NCBI RefSeq assembly: GCF_009914755.1 | Contig: NC_060940.1 | Origin: the human T2T-CHM13v2.0 reference genome, Homo sapiens | Strand: one strand, 5' to 3' | DNA length: 64,000 nt | Shown: positions 27,351 through 40,865 of the stretch, one piece after another | How the letters are laid out: each line of letters starts with the position of its first letter | How positions within the stretch are numbered: the first letter of the stretch is position 1 | The notes under the pieces: generated by a model | The model's database searches: none | Told to the model about the DNA's origin: nothing | Seen by the model: only the letters and a program-made list of their open reading frames with translations | Made by a program: the position numbers and the translations under genes

Positions 27351-28414
27351 CTCTTGAAGTTGAGGTTTGTTGAAATTGAGGTTCCTGAGGTTGGATAGCA
27401 GTGTCCAGATGCAGGTGACTCGTGCACAAGCACTGGGCTGCCTGGCTGTGCCCTGGGCTTGTGTGCCCTTCAGTCTGTGCTGGGCTGGAACCTGCTCTAA
27501 GGTTTCCAGATCTCTTCTTTTCACCCTCCACCCCAACAGACCCTCAGGCCTTTTCTGTGCTCACTTCCCAAGCTCCCCTTGGACTCTGCTCCAGAGTCCA
27601 AGTCAGCCCCACCTGGGACCTTGACTGCCACTTCATCCCCATTGCTCCCCTCAGCCTGTGATGATGATATATCCAGACCCCTTTCTGCCCCAGAGCTGCA
27701 ATGGGTCTCAGAGGAGCCCTGAGAAGGCTCCTCTGAGAGCCTTCTCATGGTCTACCCTGGGAAGGTGGAGACACATCTGATACTGTCACTGCAGGGGGTG
27801 CCCCATGGGCCAGCTGCTCCACCAGGGCTGCACTGACCCATCCCCAGCTGTAAGTTCCATGTCACTGGTGTGCACAGGCACTCAGCTCTTTAATTAACTT
27901 TGTCACATCCACATTCTTAAGTGTTTGGTGGCACCAGGACCTGGCAGGGCTAAGGGAAGGACCCCTCGAAGCTCAGTTAGTTCTCTATGTCCAGCAAGGA
28001 TGAGTGTGAGGCCCGGAGCGTCGGGCATTGGGGAAACCATATCAGATGTTCCTCTCAAGCAGGTGCCCATTGCAGTGCCTGCCACGGCCAGAGGGCACTG
28101 CCTGAGCTAAATCCCCCATCTCACCTTCCTAGACCTTCAACTGGTTTCAGGGCTCCTCAGCCACCCGCATGTCACTGAAATATAGAAGAGCTTGTGAGGA
28201 AGCTTCTGGGGCACCAGCCTTCTAGAGGAGGCTGAGGGCAGCTGTGGATGGTTATTTATGGGGATGTTTTTGGCCTAGGCTGCAAGAAGATGGGTAAGTG
28301 GCACAGGGATGGCAGCTCAAGGTGCCCTGGCTTCTCTGCATGTCTGTCACTGGGTGGAGAAGGCCGGGCCTGCCACCAGGTTCCATCCTAGCTTTTTCTC
28401 TGTGTCCTCAGTTG

Positions 28415-28550
28415 GGGTACCTACCTGTCTCTGCCTCAGTTTCCTCCTCTGTGAGACAGGGATCCTAACAGGCCCTACCTCTGACAGTGGTTTTGATGAA
28501 GTACATGATGTGGGTGAAGCACCTGGAGCAGGCCCACTCTCGAAGAACGC
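28415..28550. mobile_element. MIR fragment
   Basis: MIR core-like CTCTGCCTCAGTTTCCTCCTCTGTGAGACAGGGAT...CCTACCTC. Confidence 0.6.
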
Positions 28551-28899
28551 ACAACAGACTCTCCAGGTTAATGTTGAGAAGGAGCTGGGGTGGGGCAAAA
28601 GTGGGCAGGCCATTTCAGCTCCAGGTACCTGGGCTGACAGATTGGATTAAATTAGCATGTGCCTTGCTGAGTGCACAGGGGTCAGTTGCCCAGGCAAGAG
28701 GCACCAGGGTCAAAGCTGGTAATGCCTTGGCCTCATCATCCCAGGCTAGGGCCAGTGCATGATGTATTCGGCCAGCGGTGGGCTCTGGAGCCCTGCAGCC
28801 AAGGGGTCCTGGCGACCTTCACAAGGTCATTCACAGGCCACTAGGTTGGCCTGTCCTCTTCCAGCCAGGCCTCACTCTAGGAAAAAAGAAATTGTAACC

Positions 28900-29310
28900 T
28901 CGTTGGCAGTTTCCTTTGCATAGAAGTAGGAAGTAGCTGCTAGCAAGGCTGGTGATGAACTCCGCAAAAGCTGGGAAATCTCATTTGAGCAGGAGCACCC
29001 ATTATCTTGGCCAAGCTGCTGCAGCTGGGCTGAGCAGGTGTGGAAGTGTGGGTGGTGGTCGTGTAAGTTCTCCAGCCAAGGCCAAGTTCCTCTGCAGACC
29101 TGTGCATGATGGCATATCCAGATGATTCCAACCCCCTGCTGTGGATTCAATCCCATTCCATAAGACTTCTCTGCAGTCTCCAGACATCAACAAGGACCAA
29201 TAAGCTAACTTTTCTGTGTCTTTCCTGAATTCTTGTCCCTGTAAAGCAAATTGAAATGTTTGTCTTCTACTAGCATTTGGGGGTATTAGTTTTTTTTATT
29301 TAAAAATAAT
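28900..29310 (+). mobile_element. MLT1-type (ERVL-MaLR) LTR remnant
   Basis: CCAGATGATTCCAACCCCC...CCAGACATC...CTGAATTCTTGTCCC...TTTGGGGGT resembles the MLT1G/H 3' half. Left boundary approximate. Confidence 0.55.
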
Positions 29311-29657
29311 CACAGTAAAGATATCAGGAATAACACACTTGTAGGATATTCACAAGGTACAGAAGAGTGGACACTGAAATCTGGACTTGTCTTTTCCTCT
29401 TCTGCAGCCTGCCAGCTTCTGCCTCTGGAAGTAACAACTGTTAAGTTTCTGCACATCTTTCCAGATTTATTAATTGAACAATCATATAGCACTGACAGCA
29501 TGGCAAAGCCTTATAAAAGGGCTTTGGCTACCAGTGTAAAAGACTCAATTATTTTCCTTCACTGTGATCACTTAGGTGGCACCAGGAAGGAAAGCCTTAT
29601 GCTCATTCCCTTTTATTCTTCCTAACATATTCTGTTTTTAAAAATGTCTTTTCCAGG

Positions 29658-29955
29658 GGCCAGGCACAGTGGCTCATGCCTGTAATCCCAACACTTTGGG
29701 AGACCGAGGCGGTGGATCACGAGGTCAGGAGATGGAGACCATCCTGGATAACACGGTGAAACCCTGTCTCTACTAAAAATAAAAAAAAATTAGCTGCACG
29801 TGGTGGTAGACACCTGTAGTCCCAGCTACTTGGGAGGCTGAGGTAGGAGAATGGCATGAATCCTGGGAGGTGGAGGTTGCAGTGAGTTGAGATTGCACTA
29901 CTGCACTCCAGCCTGGTCAACAGAGTGAGACTCCATCTCAAAAAAAAAAAAAAAA
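29658..29955 (+). mobile_element. Alu (AluSc/AluY-like)
   Basis: Full dimer with poly-A. Confidence 0.92.
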
Positions 29956-30832
29956 GTCTTTCCGAATTTGGCATTAAGAGATATATATCTGTTGTCTAGT
30001 ATTTTTTAATTGAGTTTTCTCTCTCTCATATATGTGTATATTTATATGTGCACACCTGCCCAATTTTCTATTCTGTTGTTGACAATTAAAATTCTCCATT
30101 GACACAGGTAATATGTGTTTCTTCCCAAATCCTGTTAACCACCCCTTCAATTAGATAATCCCTGAAAAAAATTGCAGCATCTATATTAATGCAGTTTTTA
30201 TGCCTCAGTAATGACCCATTTGATTTAATCGTTCTTAAAACTTGTAATGAATCAACAGTGATGGAAAGTTATACTGAATCATTTCATATCTGTTTTGATT
30301 ACTGTGAATTATATTCTAAGAGATAGGCTTTAAAATTGAACTTATATTAATACATTTTAAATTTAATTTGGAACTAGTTTAGAATCGTTGAAGCTAGGAC
30401 TCTCTGTTGACTCAGAAATTGTAGAAATGAGTGGGGATGGCATTTCACATCCAGCCTGGAATCTCCCTTTATTCTCAATGTATTGGCTTTTCTTATCTTT
30501 ACCCTTAAATTTTCACTATCAAATATATTTGAGAGGCAGATCCTTTTCCTCCTGTAATATTTGTTTCATACACACAGAATAATACTCTTTGTCTGGGATT
30601 CAGTTTTTGAAATGAAACATGGAGTCTGAGTGACCCCTTGTTGATGTGACAATGGGCTGGTCAGGATCACAGCAGTTGGGCCCCATATTGTGACATGTAT
30701 GCTTGTGAAAATTCTACTGTGACATGTCACTGACATGATCTGATGATGTAGGTCTTGCCTTTCATTTTAACTGCCACTCTGGCAACTGAACTTTGGCAGT
30801 AAACACAGCTTAGTTGTCTCAGAGGATTCACA

Positions 30833-30863
30833 ATGGGAAATGTTTGTAGTTGCTGCCTCAGAG
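30833..30863 (+). CDS. FAM153: FAM153-like coding exon 1 (MGNVCSCCLR, phase 1)
   Basis: ATG in good context (ACAATGG); donor AG|GTATGT. Confidence 0.75.
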
Positions 30864-31093
30864 GTATGTATGTTCATTTCCATCTTCTGACCACAATTTC
30901 TTCAGATGTGCCAGTTTTTCTGTATGTTAAATGTCATTCTGATTATTTTTTTATTTTCCCAGCTCCTATTTGTCCACAGATTTCTAAATATGTTTTAGAG
31001 TTTTATTACTCAATTTGTATTTTTTAATTCTTCTATCAAGATTTTTGCCTCAAGTGATTTTTTTCTAGAAAAACGCACTGTTTCCAATGCCAA

Positions 31094-31677
<584 letters not shown>

Positions 31678-32993
31678 ATTTTTCCCCCACATTCTTTCAT
31701 AGACTAGATACAGAAGAAACCACTGAAAAACAAACTGGGGTGCCACATTTTCAGTTAATTCCCATTAATTGCTTGTTCAGAATGTTTCAGTTGAAGGGAA
31801 GTTGATTCTTGGCACAGCCATCAAGTGGTAGTTAGTTTGGAATGTCCTACATTCCAAATTAACTTGGGGGCCAAGCAGAACTTGGTCCCTTGGTGTGGTC
31901 AGTTGATCATGGAGGAGTGCTCACTGCCAGACAGCAGACAATACAGGGTGCTGGGTAGGATGACCAGACATTTGAATTTGTTCCTCAGAGAGGCTTCATT
32001 TGCAGGAAAGTGCCACATTTTAGCACTGGAGTTAAAATGTAGAGACAGGAGTTTTGTTTTGTTAAATGATTTGAGTTTTTTTCTGGAGTCACCACCTCTT
32101 TAATACACCAACCTTCCCGAAAGGCCCTTGGTGCAGGAGGATTGAGAAAGGGAGAGGAAAGAGCTCCAGGTTCAGGGTCCAGGCCATGATTTAGAGGCCT
32201 CAGATGTTCAGGGATCTCTGTCTCCAGAAAACCAACCAAATTCTTGTCCCAGATCTATCATTCATCAGTGTTGTGACTCTAGGCAGGTCACTTCAATTCT
32301 CTTCATTTCACTTCCCTGAACCATCAACTCTTGAGTGGCAGCCCCTGCTCTGCCTATCTTTCTGGGGTGATGTGGGCATCACAGGAAATTTGAATAGAAC
32401 TTTTTCACGAGTTCTAAAGCATGAGATCCATGTCAAGAATGAAGCTAATTTTACCCTCCACTGCCCTGGAGTCTCCCAGTGGCTTCTCTATTAATCACTA
32501 CCAAGGGCCTGGCTTATTCTTCCAGATGTGAAATAACTGAACACTTTATGGTACTTAGGAAGCACCGATCTTAAGGCTTTAGGTCCATTTAACTATTTTT
32601 ACCCTTTTAACATAACGTAGGCCATTATCAACATTTCCACATTCAGACTAGGGATTAGAGGCACAGTGGAGTCTGTAGAACTTCCTCAGGTTCTAGCAGC
32701 TTCTCAAAAGTCCTTGAGCTCAGATCCTATGCACCAGACCATATGCTCTTGGTCACTCCAATCTACTACCTGTCTGTAATGTCTCATCTCAATACAGGCA
32801 TTTGCCTGCACAGTTATAAGTGCAACCCATAGTGCAGGTTCATTCTGAAGCCCAACTCAGATTCAGGGGGCTTTGCTCTGCAGATGATGAACAATGGGAT
32901 CAAACATTTAAGCTGTGAATAAATAATTACTCATTTCTCTGATCTTTTGCAGCAAGATATCAACAGTTGTCTTTATTTTAGTTCATTTCCCAG

Positions 32994-33128
32994 CATATTC
33001 TGTTGAAGATCAAAGAGTGGATCCTGGGGTGCCAGGGGAATCCACCGTCTGCCACCACAAGTGTAAGAAGTGAATCCTCCATCACTGGCTTCACAGCTGT
33101 GTACACTCTAGAGTTGCATCAACAGAAG
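32994..33128 (+). pseudogene. FAM153: FAM153-like exon 2, disabled (TGA at 33071-33073; expected donor position reads TT instead of GT)
   Basis: AYSVEDQRVDPGVPGESTVCHHKCKK*ILHHWLHSCVHSRVASTE versus recalled FAM153B VCCGEDEIVYPRMPGESTVCHREREKPITYHW...RVASME. Confidence 0.8.
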
Positions 33129-33469
33129 TTATCTTGGAAATTCAGTCATTCAGTTCATTCATGATATGATTTCTAGATTCTTCAGTGTCTCATATTTCAG
33201 ACAATTATAAAATTGCAATGCTATATTCTTTATATCGTGTACATATGTAAATGTGTTAAGTCAATTACTAGTGCTACAACTACAGGAGTAAAGGTGTATT
33301 TCCATTCCAGGTTTGGGTTTACTTTTAATAGTAAATAACATCTCAGTGCAAATTGTAGATATTTTGCTGATTGTTAAAACATTAACTAAGAAGGATCTTT
33401 TTCTGAGACAGTGTTGCCAGATTTGTAAAGCAATGGACATCACTTCAAAATGTTTGGAAGTAACCTAAA

Positions 33470-34800
33470 AATGGAGGAAGTGGTACTGAAAATTTCCATA
33501 TACCCACCTTCCTCAGTGTTTTTTTGTGAACCCATCTTACATGAGTGTGATAACGCTTGTAACAATGACCGAGCCAATAGTGATACATTCTTATGAACAG
33601 AAGTCCAAGGTTAGCATCAGTGACTGAGCCAATAGTGACACATTCTTATGAACAGAAGTCTAGGGTTAGCATCAAGGTTCACTCTGTGTTGTCCAGTCTT
33701 TGGGTTTTGACAAACTGACAATGTCCTTTGTCACCCTGATGGAATAATTTCACATCCTAAACATGACCTGAGCTGCATCTACTAATTCCTCTCCTTTTCT
33801 GATGATTCCTGACAACTGTGGATGATTTTACTGCCTCTATAGGTTTCCTTTTCCAGAATTTTATGGAGTTGGAATCATAAAGTATGTAGCTACTTATGAC
33901 TAACTTATTTTACTTAGCAATATACATGTGAGATCTTTTGTATTGTTTTGAAGCTTAACAGCTTAATAACTCTTATCAGTGAACAATAGCCCATTGGTTT
34001 CATCAAACAGTATTAGTTGGCTCACTCACCTCCTGAAGACCATCTCAGCTGCTTCCAATTTGGGTAATTATGAATAAAGTTGCCCACATTCTTGTGCAGA
34101 TTTTAACATGAACATAATTTTTAAATATAGCTGGGTAAATATATAGAATTTTGATCACTTGCTGGTAAGACTATGTTTTCTGTTGTGTTAGGCAGAATTC
34201 ACCAGTATAATTATGTGGGCATGTTTTTTTAAAGTTATTACTTACTGATTAAATTCTATAATAATAGAGGCCTACCCAGATTATCTATCTCTCCTTTGGG
34301 TGGTTATGATAATTTCTCCCTTTGAATGCATTTGTCCATTTCATCTAAGCTAGGAAATTTGTGGACATAGACACTTGAATCTCACAAGTTTCCTGCTTGG
34401 TTCTTGTCAAAGGCTACTGTGCTTCCTGTCATTCCTACTCTAAAACTTTTCAATAACCTTTCACTCCTGCACTTAAAAAATTGCAGGCATAAATTTGTTG
34501 AAAGTATTCTGTTATTATTTTCTTAATGTTCATGGGATCAGCAGGGATAATTCCTCTTCTATTCATATTATTTGTACATTGTGTTGTTTCTTTGTGATTA
34601 GCCTGGCTGGAGGTTTACCAATTCTATTGATCTTTTCTAAGAAGCAGCTTTTGGTTTTGTTAAGTTTCTTTGTTTATTATTTGTATTACATTGATTTCTG
34701 CAAATATTGTTATATTTTTGGGGAGGGGGATTGCCTGGTTTACAATTCACTACACCTTTTTTTGTCTAGTTTCCTAAGGTGGAAAGTAAGACAACTGGAT
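33470..34800 (-). mobile_element. Old L1M fragments
   Basis: Degraded L1M 3'-end/ORF2-like sequence (CCTTTTCCAGAATT..ATGGAGTTGGAATCAT, GAATTCACCAGT, GAGGTTTACCAATTCTATTGATCTTTTC). Boundaries approximate. Confidence 0.6.
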
Positions 34801-35335
34801 TTGGATTATGTTTAGTTTACTGCACAGAATTGGGAAGGGCACTGATGCCCCTGAAGTGTGCACTTGATTATTAAAATAATAAATATGATGTATTTTGGCC
34901 ACAATATTGATTTTAAAGCCAATAAAATGGATGATAAGTGCAGGAGGAGCATATGTAGATCCAGAAAAGATAAATGACATTATAACATTTCAACAACAAA
35001 AAAAGGAAATTTACCAGGCCTCAAAATGCACAAGGGGGTGATGGGACACTGTCATGAAATCAGCTGTGCATTTGTATGCTGCCCTGTGTGAACTCTGCCT
35101 ATTTTGTAGCGGTGAGGGTTGCTTAGCCAGAGAACCAGGCCCTAACTTCTGTGCCTTTCCTGATGGTCTCATTTGCCTTCCCTCATCACCCAGGATGGTG
35201 TCCCAGTGGCAGCCAAGTTTCTGCCCTTAACCCACCTCCTTTACACACACCAGCCCCCTGCCCCCAGCACCCAAGTTTGCCTAAGGGATTCCTTCAGTGG
35301 AACCAATATGCTGACAGTTACTCTGTGTTTCCTAG

Positions 35336-35394
35336 ATCACGATGAGCACGTGGCACAGGAAACTTCTTCTGAGGATGTCCCAGCCGTTCACATG
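35336..35394 (+). CDS. FAM153: FAM153-like exon 3 (DHDEHVAQETSSEDVPAVHM)
   Basis: Acceptor TTTCCTAG|, donor |GTAAGT; matches recalled DYDEDLVQEASSEDVLGVHM. Confidence 0.8.
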
Positions 35395-35784
35395 GTAAGT
35401 TCTTCTTTATGTTTCTAAGATGGAAATTTTGTTGCTCTTGGTTTTTTATTTTATTTGAATTGAGATATGAAAATCTTACCATGTACATTATAGATGACTT
35501 ACAGAATTTTTTGGTGGGAAAATGTGAGGGTTCATTACCAGGTAAGAAATGATCTCAGATGGTATTCTTAGATGGCACCTTCAGTTATGAACTGTATGGC
35601 AGAAAGAATTTTTTTAGGGGAAAAGCTTTCTTCTTATAACATTTTGACTATACAACCACAAGAATCTTGGAAGTCTTGCATAAAAACCTAGTGCCTTTCC
35701 AGAAATGTCTTCTAGGCTTTATTTTGGGACCATCGCCTCAACCACTGTCTCCCATCTGTTTTTGTAATGTCACCAAGTAAAGAA

Positions 35785-35995
35785 AAGGTCTGTATGGTGA
35801 AACACCATCTCTACTAAAAATATAAAAATTAGGCAGGCATGCTGACCAGCAACTGTGATCTCAGCTACTGGGGAGGGAGAGGGAGCAGGATCGCTTGAGC
35901 CTAGGAGGTGGATGTTGCAGTGAGCCAAGATCATGACTCTGTACTCCAGCCTGAGGGACAGAGCGAGATTCCAGCAAAGAAAGAGAGAGAGAGAA
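35785..35995 (+). mobile_element. 5'-truncated Alu
   Basis: End of left arm, A-rich linker and right arm. Confidence 0.8.
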
Positions 35996-36065
35996 ATAAC
36001 AACCTGTGCACACAGGACACAGCATGGTCTGACCCTTATAGTGTTTTGTTTTTCTCTAAATGCAG

Positions 36066-36090
36066 GTGGACAAAGCCACAGAGACAAACA
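36066..36090 (+). CDS. FAM153: FAM153-like exon 4 (VDKATETN)
   Basis: Acceptor TGCAG|, weak donor |GTACAT; matches recalled VDKDTERD. Confidence 0.7.
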
Positions 36091-37399
36091 GTACATATTC
36101 TGGGATCACCCCTATGCTGAGGAAAATTTCTAGTGTTGACAAAGGTGACACTTTCTTGCCTCATTTTTTCTGGAGAGCCACTCTGGTTTGAACTTCCTGC
36201 CAGAAATGTGGTTCAAGCACTTTTGTCTTCAAAAGTGAAGAACCCGGTCAAGAAATGTGACCGTTGACTCTAGTGCCTGGAAGGAACTGTGCCATTTGTA
36301 TAGAGGAAGGTGCTGTGCATTAGGGTTGGGAGGTATGGAGGAATGAGTCAATGTGGAGTGATTGTGAATGTCTCTGTGAGTTTGTGTGCTTTTCGCCAGA
36401 AAAGATGTTCCCAAGTGCAAAGCACAACACAAAGATTGATATTCTAAAAACAACATTTCATCACCACTGCGTTTTCCAAAAATCAACCCATTCATTCCTC
36501 ATGACAGCTGTAGCTGAAGGTTAAGTTTGATATACCCAGTCCTCACGTGGAGATGATGTAGAGATGAATTTTTCAGGCTTTTGTTCTCCTAAGTGGAAAT
36601 GGCATAGATGAACTCGGGAATGGGTGGAAGGGTGATGCTGTGGGCTGCTAGTCTGAAGTTATCACATGGCCCTGGTGTAACTTGTCACCATGTCACAGAG
36701 TCCTTAGCATCTATGTATATATGTGAAGTATGTTGGCCTATAAAGATCTCCAGCACTGTATACCACAATAGAATGGTCTCAATGGTCAGCTGACCCAGAG
36801 TTTGAGTAGGTTCATTGTACAGTGGACTTTGGTGTGGTCATTAATATGAAACATACAGAAGAAGTTGCCAGGCCTTTGGTCTTAAGTGATGGGGTATTCC
36901 TCAGCCCCTGCTCAAGGGCAGAGAACATTCACAGATATATTCTATTGTATTTAATGAGATCATCACCACAAACGTTAGAAATGCTCCAATTCAGTAGCAC
37001 ACATATCCAAGACACGGCACACAACAAGATCTCAAGGAGCCAATTGGCTGTTAGCCTGGTTCCCATCTCCTCTGCTGGAATCTTCTGCACAGCTGGCTAA
37101 CAGAAGGTCAGCATCCCCACCTATTGCCACCCATGAAGGGCTGTCCCAGTCCTGGAGCCAGTGTGAGTATGAGCAACAGCGGGCCCCATGACACACACAC
37201 ACACTGTGTTAACAGAAAGAGCAGAAGGACAAATATCACAGGCCAAGTAGGGGTCATCTTTAAATGGTAGGATAATTGAGTATTTTCAAATCTTGGTTTA
37301 GTCTTCTTTAAAACAGAAGGTTAATGAATACACAGAATATTTTGGCTAGAACTAAATCTCCTGCTGAAGAAAGGTAGCTTTTTATCTTGTACAAATTGT

Positions 37400-37693
37400 G
37401 GCCAGGCACGGTGGCTCACGCCTGTAATCCCAGCACTTTGGGAGGCCAAGGAGGGCAGATCACCTGAGGTCAGGAGTTCAAGACCAGCCTGACCAACATG
37501 GAGAAACCCAGTCTCTATTAAAAATACAAAATTAGCTAGGTGTGGGGGCACATGCCTGTAATCCCAGTTACTCAGGAGGCTGAGGCAGGGGAATTGCTTG
37601 AATCCGGGAAGTGGAGGTTGCGGTGAGCCAAGATCACGCCATTACACTCCAGCCTGGGCAAGAAGAGTAAAACTCCATCTCAAAAAAAAAAAA
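37400..37693 (+). mobile_element. Alu (AluSq/Sp-like)
   Basis: Full dimer with poly-A; absent from the paralogous module near 39950. Confidence 0.92.
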
Positions 37694-38114
37694 TATTCTA
37701 GGAGAAACGAAAAACATAGCAGCAGGACACGTGGATCCTGGGGAGGAAATGACCTCAAGGGGATCAAGAAGGAAGAGCAAGTTATCTCAGGTCAGATTAG
37801 GAAGGAGGAGCCATGAGATGCTACAGGGAAACCCTGTGTGGTGTGCCCTGTTTGAGATGGGTTATTTAATGTCAAAGAGGTTGCCTTAGCTACAGGACCA
37901 AGGCTCTGTCTTCTGTGGCCTTCCTGATGCCTTCCTTCACCATTTGCCTTCCCTCAGCACCATGGAGGATGGACTGGCAGCAGCTGAGTCTGTGCTGTGG
38001 ACACACCTTTCCACACATCTATCCACACACGCCAGCCCCGTGTCCACAGCTCCAAGATCACCTGAGGGATTCACTCCGTGGAGCTCATGTGCTTATAGTG
38101 ACTCTGTTTCCCAG

Positions 38115-38185
38115 GTGACCTGGAAGACTGGGAGGAGGATATGCCAGGGCAAACATCCTCTGAGGAAGCCACAAATGTTCACATG
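38115..38185 (+). CDS. FAM153: FAM153-like exon 5 (SDLEDWEEDMPGQTSSEEATNVHM)
   Basis: Acceptor TTTCCCAG|, non-canonical donor |GCAAAG; matches the recalled [23 protein letters not shown] repeat. Confidence 0.75.
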
Positions 38186-38623
38186 GCAAAGTCGTGTTTT
38201 TTCCTCTGAAATGGAAATTTTATTTCTCTCGGTTTCTCTCTGTTACAATTGAATTAAGATGTACACATCTTACCATGTACACTATAGGTGACTGATAGAA
38301 TTTCTTGGTGGGCAAATGTCAGACTTAATTATCAACTAAAAAATTGTTTCAGGTGGCATCCACATTTACAGACCGTATGTCAGCAGGCATTTTCCTCAAG
38401 ATAAATGCCTTCTTATGAGAAGCATTTAGAATTGTCTAACAAAAACAATTGAAAATTCAGTACAAAACTCTTATGCCTTTCCAGGAATGTCTTCTAGATA
38501 TCAGGGCCATTGTCTCAATCACTATTTACCATATTTTTTTAACACCAACAAGTGAAGAAAAGACTTGTGCACAAAGGACACAGCCTGGTCTGACCCTCAT
38601 AGTGTTTTGTTATTTTTCTGTAG

Positions 38624-38654
38624 ATGAGCGGGGACCCAGCCACACTGGCAAAGA
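38624..38654 (+). CDS. FAM153: FAM153-like exon 6 (MSGDPATLAK)
   Basis: Acceptor TTTCTGTAG|, donor |GTAAGT; matches recalled MQVDPATLAK. Confidence 0.8.
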
Positions 38655-40305
38655 GTAAGTATTCTGGGATCATCTCTTTTTTTAGGTTCAAAATGTTAGT
38701 GTTGCAAAGATGGCACTGCTTTGCCTGCTTTTGCTCAAGAGCCACTCTGGCTTGAGCTTTCTGCCAGAAATGAGATTTGTGAAGTTTGGTTTAAAAAAAT
38801 ACTGAGAGTCCAGTAAACAACTTTAACCACGGTACTGTCATCCCTGGAAGCAACAGTGTCACGTAAGGTGGGGTGGTACATCAGGGTTGGGAGGGACAGA
38901 GGAGAGAGTCTATATGGAATGATTGTGGATGTCTTTGGGAGTGTGTGTGCATTTCCCCAGAAAACATACTCCCATGTTCAAAGCACAACACGAGGATCAA
39001 TGTGCAAGAAAAATTGCATCACAACGGCACAGTTTGCATGGATCAACCCATTCATCCTCCACCACAGCTGTACCTGAAGATAAGTTTAATATCCCCAGTC
39101 CTCAGATGGACATGGTGCAGAGTCGAATTTCCCAAGCTCTTGGTCCTTTAAATGGAAGAGGTACGTGTGACCTCGGGAATGAGTGGAAGGTTAATGTCAT
39201 GGACTACTACACTGAATTTGTCACAAAGCCCTAGTATAATTTCTTGCTAGGCCAAGTTATTCCAGCACTTCTGTGTGCATGTGGAAGAATGAAAATCTAT
39301 TCAGATCCCAAACACTATCATTATTGGATGATCTCAACGGTCAGCTAACCCAGGGTTTGTTTGAGTTGGTACATTGCCCAGTGGGATTTAGTGTGATCAC
39401 TAATGTAAAACACACAAAGTCCTCAGGCTTTTGGTCTACAGTGGTGAAGTCATTCCTCAGCTCTTGTTCAAAAGCAGACAATAATCAATGGCATATTCTG
39501 TTGTATTTAGTGAGATAATCACCACAAGTCTTAGAAATTCAGTGGAACCCTATCCAAAGACATAGCATCCAATAAAATCTCCAGGATCAACTTGGGTGTT
39601 AGCCTGGGACCCATTTTCCCTGCTGGAATCTCCCACACAGCTCGGCTGGAGACGGTCAGTGTCTGCACCCCGTCCCCCTCGCTGCTCCCTATGACAGACT
39701 GTCTCTGTGCTGGAGTCACTGTAAGCATGAGGAGCAGTGAACTCCATGGTGCACACACATTGTGTTGAAAAGGAAGAGTGGAAGAACAAATGTCATGTGC
39801 TAAGTTGGAGTCATCTTTAAATGGAAGGATAATTGAGTATTTTCAAATCTTGGTTTAATTGCCTTATAACAAAAAATTTTTTAATGAAATCTTTTGGCAA
39901 TAACTAAATCTCCTATTTTAAGAAAAGTTGCTTCTTATTCAGTGCAAAATCTTCTAGAGTGATGACATACAGAGCAGCAGTACCTGTGGATTGATTGTGA
40001 GGAGGAAATGAGTTTGGTAGGGATCAATAAGAGGGCAAGTTAGCTCAGGTCAGATTAGGATGGAGGAGCCCTAAGAGGCTGCCAGGGACACACAGCCGGC
40101 ACTGCAGGAAGGGCCCTGTTTGAGATTGGCTATTTCATGTTTACGAGTTGGTCTGGAGCTAGAAAGCCAAGGGCCCTGATTCCCTTTCTTCCCTGCATCT
40201 CTCCTGTGCCTGCTATCCTCCTCCCACACCCACCTCAAGCAATGTTACTGAATTGTTCATGAGCACCACCAGCAAGGTGCTGATGGTCACTCTGTATCCT
40301 CCTAG

Positions 40306-40376
40306 TTCTGATGAAGGATCTACTACAGGAGCTGTCCAGTTACAACGGAGAGGAGGAGGACCCAGAGGATGTGAAG
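40306..40376 (+). CDS. FAM153: FAM153-like exon 7 ([24 protein letters not shown])
   Basis: Acceptor CCTCCTAG|, donor |GTCAGG; matches recalled [24 protein letters not shown]. Confidence 0.82.
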
Positions 40377-40840
40377 GTCAGGCCACCTGGATTTGTCTGA
40401 GAAAAACTGTTGCTTTCTTAGCTTTATCTTATTTGGATTAAATTAAGATATGAGAATCTGGCAATATATATCTTAGATTAGTTACGCAATGTCCTTGGGG
40501 AGAATTGTAAGTGAGAGTCTGTCCCCCCTGAGGCTTGATTTAAGACAGTGGGAGAAAATGAAAGAATCAGTCACACATTGTGCGGCAGTGAGCCTTACCA
40601 ATTTTGTTTTCTCTTTGGAGCAAAATCACTTACTTGCCAACCAACACGGACTTGAGAGGAAACATCCTCCGAGAAAAATTTGTGTCTTTAATATGAGTCG
40701 ATTTGCTCTGTTCTTCTTTTGGGTTCCTTTCAACACTGGTTTCCGTCTTGTTTTCTAATGTCACTAAGTGAACAAAGTTTTGTGCACACAGGACACAGCA
40801 TGGTCTGATGCTCATAGCAATTTATTTTCTGTCATTACAG

Positions 40841-40865
40841 AAATCCTCAGGAGTTATACAAAGGG
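40841..40865 (+). CDS. FAM153: FAM153-like exon 8 (KSSGVIQR)
   Basis: Acceptor TTACAG|, donor |GTATGT; matches recalled TSLGVPQR. Confidence 0.72.

Noticed and set aside
28872-29193. Three overlapping minus-strand ORFs
   Set aside because: They lie within an MLT1-like LTR remnant and show no recognisable protein homology.
30833-30863. Cyclin Y-like (CCNY/CCNYL) start MGN..SCC
   Set aside because: All downstream exons match FAM153 and no cyclin box was found; only the acylation motif is shared.
33566-33674. 55-bp tandem duplication (small duplications also at ~46556-46635 and ~48887-48937)
   Set aside because: Ordinary slippage duplications in intronic or old repeat sequence.
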